Source of the DNA: Burkholderiales bacterium
GTDB taxonomy: Bacteria > Pseudomonadota > Gammaproteobacteria > Burkholderiales > JAHFRG01
NCBI GenBank assembly: GCA_035518095.1
Contig: DATIXX010000056.1
Span: 16,063-80,062, forward strand
Direction: 5' to 3'
DNA length: 64,000 nt
Position 1 is the first letter of the stretch. The number at the start of each line of letters is the position of its first letter. The notes under the pieces were generated by a model, which ran no database searches, had not been told where the DNA came from, and saw only the letters and a program-made list of their open reading frames with translations. Shown here piece by piece: positions 1-9,094 of the stretch. Position numbers and translations under genes: made by a program.

Positions 1-692
1 TCCTTGAATATGCATTTGAAAATGCGCACCGTGCGATTTTGAGCTATGCCAGCAATCATCGTTTACAGGACACGCCGCGTACAACGTGTGTCGCATGCAT
101 CGTGCAGGACGACGTCGCTTACTGGGCGCACGCCGGGGATTCGCGCTTGTATCTGTTCCGCGGCGCAAAACTGGTGACGCGAACTCGCGACCACTCCAAG
201 TTACAGGATATGCTGGACAATGGCAGCATTAGCCAAAAACAGGCGGCGGTGCACCCTGAGCGCAACAAGGTTTATAACTGCCTTGGAGGGTCCGCACCGC
301 CGGAGGTGGAGCTCTCCGGCAAAACACGCATGCGGCACGGTGATACTTTTTTATTATGCAGCGACGGCTTATGGAGCCCGCTTAGCGACAATGAAATCCT
401 TGCCGTCGTTTCCGGTTATCCGGTCATCCAGGCCGTACAGCGCCTGATTGAAAAAGCTGAATCGCGTGCGGGGGACAAGAGCGACAATATCAGTGCTATC
501 GGCATGATGTGGAGCGTGGATTCCACTGCAGCGCCCGATTTTGAGGTTTCTACTCAAACCATGCCCGCCACTGCGTTCACGACACGAATTAGCGGTTTCG
601 ATAGCACGCATGAGACTCCCGCGGTCACCGACGAGGAAATCGAGCAGGCGATTGCCGAAATCCGGGATACCATTGGGAAATATTCTAAATGA
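1..692 (+). CDS. PP2C-family Ser/Thr protein phosphatase (5' end cut by window edge)
   Basis: The frame is open from position 3, upstream of listed ORF 39..692. Motifs [17 protein letters not shown] and DNISAI are typical of PPM/PP2C phosphatases. The stop overlaps the rph start (ATGA). Confidence 0.8.
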   Translation, partial: LEYAFENAHRAILSYASNHRLQDTPRTTCVACIVQDDVAYWAHAGDSRLYLFRGAKLVTRTRDHSKLQDMLDNGSISQKQAAVHPERNKVYNCLGGSAPPEVELSGKTRMRHGDTFLLCSDGLWSPLSDNEILAVVSGYPVIQAVQRLIEKAESRAGDKSDNISAIGMMWSVDSTAAPDFEVSTQTMPATAFTTRISGFDSTHETPAVTDEEIEQAIAEIRDTIGKYSK

Positions 693-1414
693 CCACGCGT
701 TCTGGCGGACGCAAACCCAACGAGTTGCGCGAAGTCCGGATTTTACGCAATTACACCAAGCACGCGGAAGGTTCCGTTTTGATTGAATGCGGCGATACCC
801 GGGTGATATGTACGGCGAGCGTGGACGAAAAGGTGCCGCCATTCCTTAAAGGAAAAAACCAGGGCTGGGTGACCGCCGAATATGGCATGCTGCCCCGTTC
901 CACAGGCATCCGCATCCAACGCGAAGCTGCGAGCGGCAAGCAATCCGGCCGCACGCAGGAGATACAGCGGCTCATCGGGCGGGCGTTGCGCGCAGTGGTC
1001 GATTTGCAAAAACTGGGCGACCGTACCATCCAGATAGATTGCGACGTGATCCAGGCGGACGGCGGCACCCGCACCGCGAGCATCACAGGCGCTTTTGTGG
1101 CATTGCACGATGCGGTAAGCAAACTGCGAAAACAGAAATTAATTAACTCGTCGCCGCTGACCGATTTTGTCGCTGCCATTTCAGTCGGCATGTACGAAGG
1201 AAGGCCGGTACTGGATCTCGATTACCGGGAAGACTCGGCGTGCGATACCGATATGAACGTGGTGATGACCGGGAACGGAGGCGTGGTCGAAATCCAGGGC
1301 ACCGCTGAAGGCGACCCGTTCAACCGCGAACAGATGGATGCCATGCTCGATCTAGCGCGATACGGTATCCGGCAGCTCATTGCCAGGCAAAAAGCGGCGT
1401 TGAAAGTTAAGTAA
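689..1414 (+). CDS. rph: Ribonuclease PH
   Basis: 241 aa. N-terminus [11 protein letters not shown]...[21 protein letters not shown] and the [19 protein letters not shown] motif are characteristic of RNase PH. Confidence 0.95.
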   Translation: MTTRSGGRKPNELREVRILRNYTKHAEGSVLIECGDTRVICTASVDEKVPPFLKGKNQGWVTAEYGMLPRSTGIRIQREAASGKQSGRTQEIQRLIGRALRAVVDLQKLGDRTIQIDCDVIQADGGTRTASITGAFVALHDAVSKLRKQKLINSSPLTDFVAAISVGMYEGRPVLDLDYREDSACDTDMNVVMTGNGGVVEIQGTAEGDPFNREQMDAMLDLARYGIRQLIARQKAALKVK

Positions 1415-1513
1415 GGCATTTGCTGCGGAGGATGCAAAGACAAATCATTTTAATGTCATGTTGCCCGGTTTTTGGTTTCCTTTGCGTCCACTGCGGTTAA
1501 CAGGTTTTAATCC

Positions 1514-2110
1514 GTGCAAAAACTGGTCATAGCCAGCAACAACCCCGGAAAGCTGCGCGAGATTAAGGTGCTGCTTGCGGGGCTCAATATTGAGGCGGTG
1601 CCACAGTCGGCTTTTAATGTTCCCGAAGCGGAGGAGCCGCATGAAAATTTCATGGACAATGCGCTCAGCAAGGCGCGCCAGGCCAGCAGGTGCAGTGGCC
1701 TGCCGGCGATCGCCGACGATTCCGGGATTTGCGTGGAAGTGCTGAACGGCGGTCCGGGCGCGCTTTCCGCGCGCTATGCAGGCGAACCGAAGTCTGACGA
1801 GCGCAATAATCTAAAGCTACTTCAAGTGCTGCACGCCGCAACTAACCGGCGCGCGTATTACCACTGCGTAATGGCCTTGGTGCGTCATCCCGACGACCCG
1901 CAGCCGCTGGTTGCCGAAGGCTCATGGCACGGCGAGATCCTGCATGAACCGCGCGGGGAAAACGGCTTCGGCTACGATCCACTTTTTTACGTGCCGGAGC
2001 TTGGCAAGACCGCTGCCGAGCTGCCATTGGAAGTGAAAAACGAAATCAGTCACCGTGGCACGGCACTCAAGAAACTTGTGGCCATGCTGCAGACTGCGCA
2101 TAACGAGTAA
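1514..2110 (+). CDS. rdgB: dITP/XTP pyrophosphatase (RdgB/HAM1 family)
   Basis: 198 aa, GTG start. LVIASNNPGKLREI and FGYDPLF motifs. Conserved position after rph. Confidence 0.92.
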   Translation: MQKLVIASNNPGKLREIKVLLAGLNIEAVPQSAFNVPEAEEPHENFMDNALSKARQASRCSGLPAIADDSGICVEVLNGGPGALSARYAGEPKSDERNNLKLLQVLHAATNRRAYYHCVMALVRHPDDPQPLVAEGSWHGEILHEPRGENGFGYDPLFYVPELGKTAAELPLEVKNEISHRGTALKKLVAMLQTAHNE

Positions 2111-2113
2111 TGA

Positions 2114-3334
2114 GTGATGCGTAACGCGCAAAAAGAAAGGAATTCCGAAACCGGAGCCTATGCTGCAACGGTTACGAGTCACCCGTCACGATTTTTGGAA
2201 GCGTTGCCGCCGCTGGCCCTGTATATTCATATTCCCTGGTGCGTAAAGAAATGCCCTTATTGTGACTTCAATTCACATGAAGCACGCATGACGGTTCCTG
2301 AGACGGAGTATGTCGAGGCGCTGGTCTCCGATCTGGAAACCGCACTGCCGCAGGTCCAGGGGCGCAGGATTCAAAGCGTGTTTTTCGGAGGGGGCACGCC
2401 CAGTATCTTTCAGGCGCAGACAATTGAAGCAATTCTTACAGCGGTGCGCGCGCTGTTGCCCGTCGAGCCGTGCGCCGAGATTACCCTTGAAGCCAATCCG
2501 GGCACGTTTGAAGTGCAGAAATTTGCCGCGCTGCGTTGTGCCGGCATAAATCGCCTGTCTATCGGGGTGCAAAGCTTCAACCCACGACATCTAAAGGCGT
2601 TGGGACGAATTCACAATGAACAAGACGCATTCCGAGCTGTTGAAACCGCACAAAAACTTTTCGACAATTTAAATCTCGATTTGATATATGCGCTGCCCGG
2701 TCAAACGGCGGACGAAGCTCGACAGGACATCAAAAATGCGATTTCTTTTTCACCCCAGCATATATCCGCCTACCATTTGACCATCGAGCCGAATACGCTT
2801 TTTCACCGCAATCCGCCGCAGCTGCCTGACGATGAATCAAGCGCTGAAATGCAAGAGATGATAGAAGAAGAGCTCGGGGCGCACGGCTACCAGCATTATG
2901 AGACTTCTGCGTTCGCGAAAACCGATTTCCAGTCCCGGCACAATATGAACTATTGGCTATTTGGCGACTATCTCGGCATCGGCGCAGGCGCTTACAGCAA
3001 GATTAGCTTCAAGCGGAGCATCGTTCGCCAGGCTCGCTACAAGCAGCCGAAGGACTACATGAGCCACGCACTCCAGGGAAAGCCGGTGCAGGACGCGCAC
3101 GACGTTACAAATCGCGATCTGGAATTTGAGTTCATGTTGAATGCACTGCGTCTAATTGGCGGTTTTCCCATTGCCTTATTTGAAGAGCGTACCGGCCTTC
3201 CAATTACTCAGCTGCAAAAGCAACTCGCCACTGCCGAACAACTTGGCCTGATCGAAAGGAATTTTCAGCGCATAGCGCCGACCCCGCTCGGACAGCGCTT
3301 TTTGAACGATACCCTGCAATTATTTTTACCCTAA
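2114..3334 (+). CDS. hemW: Radical SAM heme chaperone HemW (coproporphyrinogen III oxidase-like)
   Basis: Radical SAM CPYCDFNS cluster motif. Length is about 400 aa. Conserved rdgB-hemW pairing. An ATG at 2117 is an alternative start. Confidence 0.9.
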   Translation: MMRNAQKERNSETGAYAATVTSHPSRFLEALPPLALYIHIPWCVKKCPYCDFNSHEARMTVPETEYVEALVSDLETALPQVQGRRIQSVFFGGGTPSIFQAQTIEAILTAVRALLPVEPCAEITLEANPGTFEVQKFAALRCAGINRLSIGVQSFNPRHLKALGRIHNEQDAFRAVETAQKLFDNLNLDLIYALPGQTADEARQDIKNAISFSPQHISAYHLTIEPNTLFHRNPPQLPDDESSAEMQEMIEEELGAHGYQHYETSAFAKTDFQSRHNMNYWLFGDYLGIGAGAYSKISFKRSIVRQARYKQPKDYMSHALQGKPVQDAHDVTNRDLEFEFMLNALRLIGGFPIALFEERTGLPITQLQKQLATAEQLGLIERNFQRIAPTPLGQRFLNDTLQLFLP

Positions 3335-3343
3335 CGTTCCGGG

Positions 3344-4045
3344 TTACAGCTTTGTGAATACGATATCCCAGACCGGGTGTCCGAGCCTCAATCCCCGCTG
3401 CTCAAATTTGGTGAGTGGACGGTATTTCGGGAGTTGCGCGTAATCCCGTGCGGTGTTGGCTAACTGTGGTTCACTGCCCAACACCGATAAAATGTGCTCA
3501 GCGTAATCTTTCCAGTCGGTCGCGAGGTGCAGATAACCGCCGGTTTTGAGCCGCTCGCACAGCAACGCTACTAAATCAGGCTGGATTAGACGCCGCTTGT
3601 GATGGCGTCTTTTGGGCCAGGGGTCGGGAAAAAAAATGTGAATGCCGTACAGCGAGGCCGGAGGAATCATGTTTCGTACGACCTCCGTTGCATCGTGCTG
3701 GATCACGCGGAAATTGGTTATGCGTGCGGCTTCGATCTTGTTTAGCAGACTTCCCACACCCGGCGTATGCACTTCGATACCCAAATAATCATGTTGCGGA
3801 TTAGCCTGTGCGATAACCGCGCTTGATTCGCCCATGCCGAAGCCAATTTCCAAAATTTTAGGCGCATTGCGACCAAACAGCCGGTCCAGATTCAAAGCGC
3901 CTTCGGAATAGGGAACACCGTATTTTGGAAGAAGTTCGCGGTAAGCGCGACTCTGGGCTTTGGAAATTCTTCCCTGACGAAGGACAAAGCTGCGAATAGT
4001 GCGCATAGCAGTGTATTCGCTTGAGGCAGCGGGTTCGCAAAGCAT
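3344..4045 (-). CDS. trmB: tRNA (guanine46-N7)-methyltransferase
   Basis: [10 protein letters not shown] motif and SAM-binding [10 protein letters not shown]. The start could instead be the internal Met 13 codons downstream. Confidence 0.9.
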   Translation of the reverse strand: MLCEPAASSEYTAMRTIRSFVLRQGRISKAQSRAYRELLPKYGVPYSEGALNLDRLFGRNAPKILEIGFGMGESSAVIAQANPQHDYLGIEVHTPGVGSLLNKIEAARITNFRVIQHDATEVVRNMIPPASLYGIHIFFPDPWPKRRHHKRRLIQPDLVALLCERLKTGGYLHLATDWKDYAEHILSVLGSEPQLANTARDYAQLPKYRPLTKFEQRGLRLGHPVWDIVFTKL

Positions 4046-4048
4046 GAT

Positions 4049-4852
4049 TTACGCAGCTTGATTCTTGCCGCTGGCGGCGATTATGCCCTTGGTTGGGGAG
4101 CTGGGCACTGCGCTATAAAGTCGCTTCGGCATGCGCCCCGCGAGATACGCTTCGCGTCCAGCTTCGACGGCTTTTTTCATTGCACACGCCATCAGAACGG
4201 GATCCCGCGCAGCGGCGATTGCGGTATTCATCAGCACGCCGTCGCAGCCCAGCTCCATGGCAACCGTGGCATCCGAAGCGGTGCCGACCCCCGCGTCCAC
4301 AAGCACGGGCACCTTGGCGTTTTCAATGATAATTTGCAGATTATACGGATTGAGGATTCCCATTCCCGAGCCGATCAACGAGGCCAATGGCATAATTCCG
4401 ATGCAACCCGTCTCCTCGAGCTGCTTGGCAACAATTGGATCATCCGAAGTGTAAACCATTACCTTGAAGCCTTCTTTCACCAGCTTTTCCGCGGCACTCA
4501 GCGTTTCAACCACGTTCGGGTAGAGCGTGTGCGGGTCGCCCAGCACTTCGAGCTTCACGAGACTGTGGCCGTCAAGCAACTCGCGCGCAAGGCGCAGCGT
4601 GCGCACCGCGTCTTCCGCGCTGTAGCAGCCCGCGGTGTTCGGAAGAAGCGTGTAGCGGGAAGGCGGAATGAAATCAAGTAGGCTGGGCTCCTTGGCGTTC
4701 TGGCCGATGTTGGTACGGCGTATTGCCACCGTCACAATTTGCGTACCGCTTGCCTCAATTGCGGCGCGCGTCTCAGCAAAATTTTTATACTTCCCGGTGC
4801 CGACGAGCAGGCGGGACGTATAGGACTTGCCAGCGATTATTAAATTGTCCAT
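4049..4852 (-). CDS. thiG: Thiazole synthase
   Basis: 267 aa. [20 protein letters not shown]-terminus and a TIM-barrel ThiG pattern. Located next to thiS. Confidence 0.95.
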   Translation of the reverse strand: MDNLIIAGKSYTSRLLVGTGKYKNFAETRAAIEASGTQIVTVAIRRTNIGQNAKEPSLLDFIPPSRYTLLPNTAGCYSAEDAVRTLRLARELLDGHSLVKLEVLGDPHTLYPNVVETLSAAEKLVKEGFKVMVYTSDDPIVAKQLEETGCIGIMPLASLIGSGMGILNPYNLQIIIENAKVPVLVDAGVGTASDATVAMELGCDGVLMNTAIAAARDPVLMACAMKKAVEAGREAYLAGRMPKRLYSAVPSSPTKGIIAASGKNQAA

Positions 4853-4943
4853 ATCGAATTCGTAGGAAGTAAAACCTAAAGGGTGAGGTGTTAAATCACG
4901 GGCATTTACTGCTTACTCCCAACACCTGACTCGTCACCGCAGT

Positions 4944-5147
4944 TTAGCCCCCACCGACTGCAATAACAATTTCGAGCTTGTCGCCATCACAAAGCATTTC
5001 CTGCTTGAAACGGCTGCGCGGTACGATTTCGCCGTTTCTTTCCAGCGCGAGGCGTTTTCCTTTGAGCTCCAGCCGCTCCAGCACTTGAGCAATGCTTATG
5101 CGGTCGTCAAACTGCTGCCGCTTGCCGTTGATGGAAAGTGCAATCAC
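4944..5147 (-). CDS. thiS: Sulfur carrier protein ThiS
   Basis: C-terminal ...EIVIAVGGG (GG terminus) and an INGK N-terminal pattern. A GTG at 5147 gives the canonical 67 aa and an ATG at 5183 gives 79 aa. The 162-aa track ORF is an over-extension. Confidence 0.75.
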   Translation of the reverse strand: MIALSINGKRQQFDDRISIAQVLERLELKGKRLALERNGEIVPRSRFKQEMLCDGDKLEIVIAVGGG

Positions 5148-5478
5148 CTTGTGACTATGCAAAATGGAATACCAAAAACTCATTTTATCACGCGGCAATA
5201 CCCCATAGGTAAACAGAAAACAGGCGAGCTCGCGCACGCCGGGGTCATTTTGCAAGGATTTTAGGTCTTGAAAATGGGGCGTTTGAGGGAACAATTCTGG
5301 CATTTCAAGCTCTAGAGTATAGATTGACGGCGATGAGTGTCTGTTGCGCCAATGGGCCTTGAGTTGAAACCGGACTAAAAAATTTGACTGCGGGTCGTGG
5401 CGCGGCGGAGGAGCTTGATGGCATTGCCGCACATCAAGAGACGGTCATGTTTAAATTCAATAATTTGAGGAGAAAGGC

Positions 5479-6939
5479 ATGCTTGGGCGCGTAAACAAAA
5501 CCAAGTTTCTTGTAATTTTTCTATTATCGCTTGCAGCGTGCACACAGCCGAATCAGGGGCAGACGCGGCAGGTGCCGCCGCAGGTTTCATCGTCTAGCGC
5601 GCCGGCCAGCGCCGCATCGCTCCCGGATTTCACTTCATTGGTGCAAAGAGAGGGTCCGGCGGTGGTCAATATCAGCACCACCCAAACCATACACGAGCAA
5701 ATGGGATACGGCCCGATGTTCAATCTTCCAAAGGACGATCCGTTCTACCAGTTTTTCCACCGCTTTTTCCCGCCTACGGTTCCTGGCCCGCAGGAATACC
5801 AAGGCCATTCGCTGGGTTCGGGATTCATCATTAGCGGCGATGGCTATATTTTGACCAATGCGCACGTGGTGAACGATGCCGAGGATATAACAGTTAAATT
5901 AACCGACAAACGCGAGTTCAAGGCGAAGGTAATTGGACTTGACCAGCGCAGCGATGTTGCCCTGCTCAAAATTAACGCCACCGATTTACCGAAAGTTGAG
6001 ATCGGCGATTCGTCCAAGCTCAAGGTCGGTCAGTGGGTTGTCGCAATCGGTTCGCCGTTCGGTTTTGAGAACAGCGTGACTGCCGGCATCGTAAGCGCCA
6101 AGGGCAGAGAGCTGCCCGATGAGAACTACGTGCCATTCATTCAAACCGATGTACCGATCAATCCGGGCAACTCCGGCGGACCCTTGTTTAATCTTCAAGG
6201 TCAAGTGGTCGGTATTAATTCGCAAATCTGGAGCCGTACGGGCGGCTATATGGGATTGTCATTTGCGATTCCCATCGATGTCGCTATGGAGGTGGGCACG
6301 CAGTTGCGCGAGCACGGCAAGGTGACCCGCGGCAGGCTGGGAGTGGGCATTCAGCCGCTCACTGCGGAGCTGGCTCAGTCATTCGGTTTGTCGAGTCCTT
6401 CCGGAGTGTTGATCGCTTCCGTGGAGAAGGGCAGTGCTGCGGAGCGGGCTGGGCTTCAGCCGGGTGACGTGATACAGAAGTACAATGGCAAGACGCTGGG
6501 GGATCCGGTTGACCTATCACGGGTGGTTGCCGCAACACACCCGGGAACGCGGGTGCAACTGCAGATTTGGCGTAAAGGAACTTCAAGGACATTGAGCGCA
6601 GTAATCGGCGAGATGCCTTCCGAAACGGTTGCCGCGAACGGCGAGCAAGAGAATCCGAGTGCGAACCGTCTTGGACTGGTGCTGAATAATCTTAATGCCG
6701 AGCAAAAACAGGAACTGGACGTAGACCACGGCTTATTGGTGAAGGATGTCTCCGGTCTCGCAGCCAAGGCCGGTATTCAGCCGGGGGATGTGATACTCGC
6801 GCTTAACAACAACGAAGTCAAAGATACCGCGCAATTCAAAAAGCTGCTCGGTGAAGCGGGTACAGACAAGACAATCGCGCTGTTGGTAAAACGCAACGAC
6901 GCGACAATTTATATACCTATCAAAATCAAGGAAGGTTAA
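5479..6939 (+). CDS. Periplasmic serine endoprotease, DegP/DegQ/MucD (HtrA) family, two PDZ domains
   Basis: Signal/lipobox-like N-terminus, LTNAHVV (His), DVALLK (Asp) and GNSGGPL (Ser) triad motifs, and two PDZ-like repeats (GLQPGDVI, GIQPGDVI). Confidence 0.92.
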   Translation: MLGRVNKTKFLVIFLLSLAACTQPNQGQTRQVPPQVSSSSAPASAASLPDFTSLVQREGPAVVNISTTQTIHEQMGYGPMFNLPKDDPFYQFFHRFFPPTVPGPQEYQGHSLGSGFIISGDGYILTNAHVVNDAEDITVKLTDKREFKAKVIGLDQRSDVALLKINATDLPKVEIGDSSKLKVGQWVVAIGSPFGFENSVTAGIVSAKGRELPDENYVPFIQTDVPINPGNSGGPLFNLQGQVVGINSQIWSRTGGYMGLSFAIPIDVAMEVGTQLREHGKVTRGRLGVGIQPLTAELAQSFGLSSPSGVLIASVEKGSAAERAGLQPGDVIQKYNGKTLGDPVDLSRVVAATHPGTRVQLQIWRKGTSRTLSAVIGEMPSETVAANGEQENPSANRLGLVLNNLNAEQKQELDVDHGLLVKDVSGLAAKAGIQPGDVILALNNNEVKDTAQFKKLLGEAGTDKTIALLVKRNDATIYIPIKIKEG

Positions 6940-7063
6940 TTCGCTGTTGACTACGGAACGTCTGATCAAGTCCCGCAGGGTTGCGAAATTTTTGGTTAGA
7001 CGGCCCTGAGCGCACATCGAGAACTTCCACACAGTGAGCAACCATCAAGATTAGGAGTACAAC

Positions 7064-7810
7064 ATGAAAATCGTCGTCATCGGTGGCACTGGACGTATCG
7101 GAACTAAAGTCGTGAAAAAGCTTCGCGACAAGGGCCATGAGGCCGTGGCCGCTTCACCTTCGAAGGGAATCAACTCAGTCACCGGCGAGGGGCTTGCTAA
7201 GGCGCTCGTCGGCGCGCAGGTCGTCGTCGATGTCGCGAATGCGCCTTCGTGGGAGGACAAGGCCGTCCTGGAGTTCTTCGAAACGTCGGGATGCAACCTC
7301 CGGGCCGCGGAAGCAGCCGCCGGGGTCGGACATCATGTGGCGTTGTCCGTTGTCGGCACCGACCGCTTGCTCGCGAACGGTTACTTCCGGGCGAAGATGG
7401 CTCAGGAAAACCTGATCAAAGCGTCCTCGATCCCTTACACGATCGTTCGTTCCACTCAGTTCTTCGAGTTCGTGAACGGCATTGCCCAGTCGGCCACCGA
7501 AGGGCAGACCGTCCGGCTTCCAGCGGCCATGATGCAGCCCATCGTGTCGGACGATGTCGCCGACGTCTTGGTCGATGTGGCTCTTGCGAAGCCGTTGAAC
7601 AGCACCATCGATCTGGCGGGTCCTGAACCGATCCGTATGGATGAGCTGGTCCGGCAATTCCTCAGCGCAAACGGGGACGCCCGAAAAGTGATCACCGACG
7701 CCCGCGCGCTCTACTACGGCATAAACGTGAACGATCAAAGCCTCACTCCGGGTAAAAACCCTCGACTTGGAACAACGCGCTTCGGCGACTGGCTCAGCCA
7801 CAGCGTCTAA
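7064..7810 (+). CDS. NAD(P)-binding SDR/NmrA-like oxidoreductase
   Basis: Rossmann motif MKIVVIGGTGRIGTKV and 248 aa. An AGGAG RBS lies 8 nt upstream. Codon third positions are strongly G/C-biased compared with neighbouring genes. Confidence 0.8.
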   Translation: MKIVVIGGTGRIGTKVVKKLRDKGHEAVAASPSKGINSVTGEGLAKALVGAQVVVDVANAPSWEDKAVLEFFETSGCNLRAAEAAAGVGHHVALSVVGTDRLLANGYFRAKMAQENLIKASSIPYTIVRSTQFFEFVNGIAQSATEGQTVRLPAAMMQPIVSDDVADVLVDVALAKPLNSTIDLAGPEPIRMDELVRQFLSANGDARKVITDARALYYGINVNDQSLTPGKNPRLGTTRFGDWLSHSV

Positions 7811-8168
7811 CTAAAAATGGACACCAAAAGTGGTGCCTAATCTGTCGAATTCTGCCTTTTGCGTTGTCATCCTGCAAGTAATTCAAGTCAAGCTCGAGAA
7901 GCGGGGGTGGGAAGTATCGAATTGTCGTCTCAGTGCCTTACAATGGCTACAGTGGTGAGATATACGATTCAATGTGAGAGAGTCTTCGACCAGCTAACCG
8001 GGAATAACCAAATTTGGTAGCGGCCGTTTAAACAGCAGTTCAGAGACAGGCGTATTCAATATCAAGGCAGTCACAACAGTTACCACCCCTACCGTCTGTA
8101 ATTGTTCGACAGTTAACACCCGCTGACTGTAACACTCTAGTAATTGCCCCACCGTTTGTAACTGTGAA

Positions 8169-8198
8169 TTGCCCTGTGGGGTGGTCTCCCCGTAGAAT
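8169..8198 (+). promoter_or_regulatory. Candidate sigma-70 promoter for tRNA-Gly (TTGCCC-N18-TAGAAT)
   Basis: The TAGAAT hexamer ends 11 nt before the tRNA 5' end. The -35 match is weak. Confidence 0.3.
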
Positions 8199-8209
8199 TA
8201 ATAGGGTAG

Positions 8210-8283
8210 GCGGGTGTAGTTCAATGGCAGAACGACAGCTTCCCAAGCTTTAGACGTGGGTTCGATTCCCATCACCCGCTCCA
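8210..8283 (+). tRNA. tRNA-Gly (anticodon CCC)
   Basis: 74 nt. Acceptor stem GCGGGTG/CACCCGC, D arm GTTC..GAAC, anticodon loop TTCCCAA, T loop TTCGATT and an encoded CCA. There is one C-U mismatch in the anticodon stem. Confidence 0.93.
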
Positions 8284-8493
8284 TCGCTCGCGTCCGATGC
8301 GAGTCAGATCGGCAAGCGCGCGCTGTTCGGCACCCGTCTCAACCGCAAAAGGGGGTTCCCGTCATCATCGGGCTCGGCTCCGGGCCACGGCGCTGCGCGC
8401 AAAATCAAAAAATGAGCGTCGTCGCCTACGGCGTTCCGGCAGACAGTCCCGTATTCACCGGCGTTAATATCGGATTGCAGTCGACTTCAGATG

Positions 8494-8523
8494 AAGCCGG
8501 GCGGAAGTTAGACGCCCCGGCTT
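8494..8523. terminator. Stem-loop AAGCCGGG-N14-CCCGGCTT downstream of the 8572..8874 gene
   Basis: 8-bp perfect stem seen directly. There is no clear U-tract on either strand, so a terminator role is uncertain. Confidence 0.25.
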
Positions 8524-8571
8524 AGCGCGAGCTTTGTCAGGTCAAACGGCGACCACAAGCCGGAGTTTCGC

Positions 8572-8874
8572 TTATTCGCGTTCTTTCTTTTCAAAATGCG
8601 AGCGCGCCTTGGAGAATGCTTCGCTTAACCTCGTCCAAGCCTCGTCTGCACCGTGCATCACGTCCATCCATGCCTCGCCCGATGCTGCCTGAACTTTTCG
8701 TAGCTGTTGCATCGCTTCGTCGCGACGCGAGCGAAAAGCCTTGAGCTGCTTATCATAATCAGCCTTTAACTTGGTTTGAGCGGCTCGGGACTTTTCTTCC
8801 CACTTGGCGATTTCACCGTTCCATTGGTCGAGCTGAGCCTTCAATTTTTGCACATATTCATCGCGCGTCATCAT
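8572..8874 (-). CDS. Hypothetical coiled-coil protein (100 aa)
   Basis: Clean ORF with heptad-like, charged, K/E/Q/A-rich sequence. I do not recognise a family. Confidence 0.6.
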   Translation of the reverse strand: MMTRDEYVQKLKAQLDQWNGEIAKWEEKSRAAQTKLKADYDKQLKAFRSRRDEAMQQLRKVQAASGEAWMDVMHGADEAWTRLSEAFSKARSHFEKKERE

Positions 8875-9094
8875 AGCGTTCTCCTCGTCGCTGAAAGGAA
8901 GGGAACAATTAACTGACTACTGAATTATATACCACGCTCCGACAAGCGTAGAAGATAAACGCGGAGCCGCAGCATTTTTTCAATTTCTGTTGTGGAACAG
9001 CCGCTAAAGTCCGGGTTATTTTAGGCTGTTATAATGTTAATTTAAGAAACATACACCAAGCTTTGCTATCCATTTAACCCTGTCCGCGTAGACC

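Noticed and set aside
4058-4681. A 207-aa ORF antisense to thiG, and similar long antisense ORFs in rph, degP, rpoN, murA and hisF.
   Set aside because: Each overlaps a gene with unambiguous family motifs on the other strand, and none has motifs of its own.
5184-5478. A possible TPP riboswitch upstream of thiS-thiG.
   Set aside because: I found no CUGAGA/ACCUGAUCUGGAUAAUGCCAGCG-type conserved cores on the minus strand, so nothing supports a THI element here.
7175-7801. A 208-aa ORF antisense to the SDR gene, plus 7137-7415, 7249-7626 and 7456-7695.
   Set aside because: These are shadow ORFs produced by the high GC of this gene. Their sequences are Arg/Gly/Pro-rich and low in information, and the sense-strand SDR has a clear Rossmann motif and RBS.
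8256-8525. An 89-aa ORF overlapping the 3' part of tRNA-Gly.
   Set aside because: It starts inside the tRNA, has no RBS or recognisable protein features, and its composition is GC-driven.
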